Position numbers and translations under genes: made by a program. A stretch of 31,777 nucleotides of DNA from Bdellovibrionota bacterium (lineage in GTDB: Bacteria; Bdellovibrionota_C; UBA2361; JBIKUX01): NCBI GenBank assembly GCA_044347345.1, contig JBIKUX010000026.1, forward strand, positions 1 to 31,777, in the 5' to 3' direction. This document shows, piece after piece, positions 28,340 through 31,777 of this stretch. Numbering within the stretch: position 1 is the first letter of the stretch; every line of letters begins with the position of its first letter. Under the pieces are notes generated by a model, which ran no database searches, was not told the DNA's origin, and saw only the letters and a list, made by a program, of their open reading frames with translations.

Positions 28340-29278
28340 ATGTTAGAAATGTTTGAAATTCTTCCGCGTGATACATCAATAGATTTTCTAGCAAAGCGTC
28401 GATTCTTTTTTATTTTATCAATATTGCTAATTCTAGCGGGAGTTGCTCGTTGGATTTCCTTAGGTGACGCAAAATATGGGACAGATTTTCTTGGTGGTAG
28501 CGAATTTGTTATTGAGTTAAGTGCTGAGGTGGGTAAAGGGGAGGCTCAGGGAGCCGACGAGATTAGAGCTGCACTAGGTTCAAGAGGGATGAATGAAGTT
28601 AGCGTTCAAGCTTTTGAGGCTGCCAGTAGACAATTTTCTTTGAGATTACCTAGTGAAAATGAAGCTTCAACACGGTTGTCTGTGCAAGACGCCTTGAGAG
28701 CGTCTTTTGGCGAAAATTTTACTATTGTCAGATCTGATTTTGTTGGACCAACGGTGGGCAGGGAGCTTCGGATTAAAGCCATCATAGCTGTAGCTTTGGG
28801 TCTTCTCGCGATGCTCGTTTATGTGACTCTAAGGTTTGAACTAGCTTTTGCTGTTGGTGCCGTAGTTGCTATTTTTCATGACGTGTTGGTATCGTTGGGA
28901 ATTTATCTCTGGGCTGGATACCCTGTTACAATGGCTACCATTGCTGGAGCTCTGACTATCGTAGGGTATTCAATAAATGATACGATAGTGGTGTTTGATC
29001 GCATTCGTGAGGATATAGAGGTGGGTAATACTCAGCCAAGAACCTTAGTATCGGTTATGAACTCGGGAATCAACAATACTTTATCTCGAACTATCTTAAC
29101 ATCTTTGTTAACGCTTCTTTCTTGTCTCGCTCTTTATTTGTTTGGTGGCGGTGCTATCAGTGATTTAAGTTTCTTTCTTTGCGTTGGTGTAGTTGTAGGT
29201 GGATACTCCACCATTTACATTGCCTCGCCTGTTGTTTTAGCGTGGCACAGATTTAGAGGGGGCGCTGAGCTTGTATAA
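28340..29278 (+). CDS. secF: Protein translocase subunit SecF
   Basis: GTDFLGG, VGPTVG.EL, RFE, HD, GYSINDTIVVFDRIRE, TLSRTILTS. Confidence 0.97.
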   Translation: MLEMFEILPRDTSIDFLAKRRFFFILSILLILAGVARWISLGDAKYGTDFLGGSEFVIELSAEVGKGEAQGADEIRAALGSRGMNEVSVQAFEAASRQFSLRLPSENEASTRLSVQDALRASFGENFTIVRSDFVGPTVGRELRIKAIIAVALGLLAMLVYVTLRFELAFAVGAVVAIFHDVLVSLGIYLWAGYPVTMATIAGALTIVGYSINDTIVVFDRIREDIEVGNTQPRTLVSVMNSGINNTLSRTILTSLLTLLSCLALYLFGGGAISDLSFFLCVGVVVGGYSTIYIASPVVLAWHRFRGGAELV

Positions 29279-29358
29279 TAAAAGGAATTTCGGGTATTAC
29301 ACGTTTCGGATACTGTAAAAAATGGTGTGTATTAGATCGTTCAATTATAGAAGCTACC

Positions 29359-29823
29359 TTGGCTACAATTAGTATTTCAGATTTAGATTTATCTTCATTT
29401 CTCGCGCTCGAGCGTATGCCTGACGACGATGAAGCGGTAATTGATGTTATTCTCCTCATTTTTGTCACTGATGAGAGCTGCAAATTTATAGTTGAGGAGC
29501 TTCAGAATAGTTTTGAAGGTGGTGTTGGGCATTGGCGTAACGAAGTGCCCTTGGATAGGTATTTAATAGATAGATTAGAATGGATTAGAGAAGTAGTGGC
29601 CACAGATGTAAACATGACACCCGGCGATGCTTTAAAGTTTGGGTCTGTTCGTTGTGATGAGCTGATATTTTTCTTAAATTCTATGATTCAGACTCCAGCA
29701 GTTCGTTCTTGGGTTTTACTACAGGTAGGTAACTTGCTAGATAGGACATCAGTTCCGGTGTCGGAAAATCTTCGGAGGCTTTTAGAGCAATTTAAAAGTT
29801 TATTTTCTGTGGTTGATTTGTAA
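29359..29823 (+). CDS. Hypothetical acidic protein
   Basis: 154-aa ORF filling the gap; no motif recognised; start uncertain (TTG). Confidence 0.6.
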   Translation: MATISISDLDLSSFLALERMPDDDEAVIDVILLIFVTDESCKFIVEELQNSFEGGVGHWRNEVPLDRYLIDRLEWIREVVATDVNMTPGDALKFGSVRCDELIFFLNSMIQTPAVRSWVLLQVGNLLDRTSVPVSENLRRLLEQFKSLFSVVDL

Positions 29824-29855
29824 GTATTTACCGTGAATAGAGTCGAGAAAACAGG

Positions 29856-30818
29856 TTAGTTAGATTTTTTTAGTAAGCATTGTGGGAGAGATTTTCGAGG
29901 CGACTCCTGATAATGAGATTCTAGATCGCGTATTAAGTTGATCAAATTAATTGGTTCGGATGTTGTTGGTAAGGTGATTAGAATCCTGTACCAAAGATCC
30001 CCGCGCTCTCCGTTCTTTAATGGGCCTCCTTTCCCTCTTAATGGTATCAATTCGCCGCTTTGTGAGCGTGGAGGTATAGAGAGCATAGTTTGCGTGCTAA
30101 ATGTTGGGACGGCGATAACTGCACCTTCTAGGGCTTCTTTGATGGTTATTGGAAGGTCTATTATGATCCTTTGAGCTTCTATTGTTATACCTGGTTCAGG
30201 GAGCACTTTTACAACCATTACTATTTCATCTCCAGGTGGATTTTTTGCTCGAAGATGAACCACGCTACCGGTTCTAACGGCTGGAGGAACCCGAACTTTG
30301 ATATTTTTTTTCTTAGAATTTTCGTCTATTTCTACTGATTTTATTGTGCCGAAGATGGCATCGTTAATTGAGAGAGGTACTTCAATCACTGCTACTTGAC
30401 GCTCGTTTGTTTTGAGTGTTTTTTTAATGTTGGAAGAAGGGAAAAAAAGCCTAACTATTGTTTTTAAGAGAAACTGTAAGAGTGTTGGTAAGCTTAACGG
30501 TTTTATTGGATCGACTTTGGTTTGAGTGTAGTGTTTAGAGAAATTGCTTGTTTTTGAACTCGTAGCTTTTTTTTGGTTGGGAGTTTTGTCTTGTCTTTGA
30601 ATTACCTTTGCTTGGTCGTATTTGCGTCGAAGGTGTGGATTTCCAAGAGTGCGGTATGCAAAGGCAATCTTGGCAAAGCGTTCGGCGGCATCGTTTTGGG
30701 TGTTAATATCGGGGTGATATCTTCTTGCGAGTATTCGATATGCACGTCGAATTTCTTCAGCAGAAGCGCTGGGAGGAACGGAAAGAATGCGATATAGGTC
30801 GTCTTGGGTAGCCGTCAT
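29856..30818 (-). CDS. DnaJ/CbpA-like J-domain chaperone without a zinc finger
   Basis: DLYRIL...EIRRAYR.LARRYHPD J-domain; C-terminal DnaJ_C (LRGKG...RGDL); no CxxCxGxG repeats. Confidence 0.9.
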   Translation of the reverse strand: MTATQDDLYRILSVPPSASAEEIRRAYRILARRYHPDINTQNDAAERFAKIAFAYRTLGNPHLRRKYDQAKVIQRQDKTPNQKKATSSKTSNFSKHYTQTKVDPIKPLSLPTLLQFLLKTIVRLFFPSSNIKKTLKTNERQVAVIEVPLSINDAIFGTIKSVEIDENSKKKNIKVRVPPAVRTGSVVHLRAKNPPGDEIVMVVKVLPEPGITIEAQRIIIDLPITIKEALEGAVIAVPTFSTQTMLSIPPRSQSGELIPLRGKGGPLKNGERGDLWYRILITLPTTSEPINLINLIRDLESHYQESPRKSLPQCLLKKSN

Positions 30819-31665
30819 AATTGGTGTGCTACTTGGTCTCGGTTATTGTAGTGCATGTGGAGTTGTTTCTGATAGAAGAAGACCCTCTAAATTTGATGAG
30901 GGTCGTTTATTGGACATATCGCGGAGTGCTCCTCAGTCATTAGTTTTTCAAAACTTTAGCGTGAAAAAGTCATCTGGTATAGCGACTTTAGCTAGGATCT
31001 ACGGTGTTCCTGTTGGAGTGATGGCTGTCGTTAATGGGCGACAGCGTCACGCGGTAGTTACCACTGGGACTAGCGTAAGGGTACCTCGTGATAGGGACTT
31101 ATATCCGGTATTTCGGTCAGAAGTCAGCGGTCATTCTGCAACAAGTGCTAGCTTAGATTATTTGATCCGGATTGGGGTGCTTAGTCCGAGCACAATTAGG
31201 TTAGCGATTGGTGAGTTTCGTCGTAAAGCAGGGGCGCTTCTTTGGCCTGTTCTAGGGGGCGAACCAGGTTCGCCATTTGGTGAGAGATGGGGTCGTCCCC
31301 ATCGAGGAGTAGATATTCCTGCACCGGAGAATACACCTGTTTTTGCGGCTCATGATGGTGAGATTGTAGTTTCAAAATACAGTGGTGCTTATGGTAATTT
31401 GTTGGTTATTAGGCGAGGATCAATTGAAACTCGGTATGCTCATCTTGGAAAAATGTTTGTATCAAAAGGCGAAGAAGTTAGTGCTGGTGACGTCATTGGA
31501 AGTGTAGGCACTACTGGAAGGGTAACCGGATCCCATCTTCATTTTGAAGTGGCTCATCAATTCAGTGACGGTAGATATTACAGAATCGATCCCATTCTGT
31601 TTTTTACGGCGCCCTCAGTGCTTCTCGCTTTCGAGCAATCCCCCCTCCCGATCCGTAGTCTCTAG
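30787..31665 (+). CDS. M23 metallopeptidase with a LysM-like segment, probable lipoprotein
   Basis: HRGVD (HxxxD), YAHL and HLHFE; LysM-like LARIYGVPV; signal ending SAC; GGAGG RBS at 30772-30776. Confidence 0.92.
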   Translation: MRYRSSWVAVIIGVLLGLGYCSACGVVSDRRRPSKFDEGRLLDISRSAPQSLVFQNFSVKKSSGIATLARIYGVPVGVMAVVNGRQRHAVVTTGTSVRVPRDRDLYPVFRSEVSGHSATSASLDYLIRIGVLSPSTIRLAIGEFRRKAGALLWPVLGGEPGSPFGERWGRPHRGVDIPAPENTPVFAAHDGEIVVSKYSGAYGNLLVIRRGSIETRYAHLGKMFVSKGEEVSAGDVIGSVGTTGRVTGSHLHFEVAHQFSDGRYYRIDPILFFTAPSVLLAFEQSPLPIRSL

Positions 31666-31777
31666 GCTGCTGTGTATTGGAGTAGGGATAGGTATGAGAG
31701 GAAGAGGCAGTGATGTAATGAGAAGTGAGCTATTAGTATAATTTAGAGAGATTTTTGGTTGTGATGAGTCAGGTAGA

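Noticed and set aside
1280-30797. Remaining short ORF-track entries nested in or antisense to long genes (e.g. 1280-1495, 6079-6297, 9148-9426, 13989-14222, 15687-15995, 22918-23157, 26963-27238, 29938-30174)
   Set aside because: They overlap well-supported genes, have no motifs, and are expected shadow ORFs.
31544-31777. Plus-strand ORF 31544-31741 and an open minus frame 31615-31776
   Set aside because: Both overlap the M23 gene and are low-complexity. The minus frame might be the tail of a gene outside the window, but this cannot be judged here.

Overview
Bacterial chromosomal window, mostly housekeeping genes: purC, purK, purE, speA, an LplT-Aas fusion, yajC-secD-secF, a CbpA-like J protein, an M23 peptidase, TerC, a photolyase-family gene, a PolB-type exonuclease and a TonB receptor/PepSY pair. 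Orphan-looking genes are interspersed: a solitary 1106-aa TraG_N-like protein, a Cys-rich secreted protein, two TadE-like pseudopilins and a DUF5666-like gene with a candidate sigma-54 promoter. I found no rRNA, tRNA, CRISPR array, transposase or integrase. The most unusual part is the first 1.1 kb. An unannotated minus-strand ORF runs through five different microsatellites without losing frame. A 96-aa orphan ORF is bracketed by two direct copies of a composite palindromic, G-quadruplex-like element. Other notable points are a frameshift-split gene with an internal duplication (8610-9025), clear operator palindromes upstream of the TonB receptor, a 15-16-bp tandem array upstream of the TraG-like gene, and a head-to-head gene overlap at 30787-30818. 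All family calls come from motifs recognised by eye; no database searches were run.
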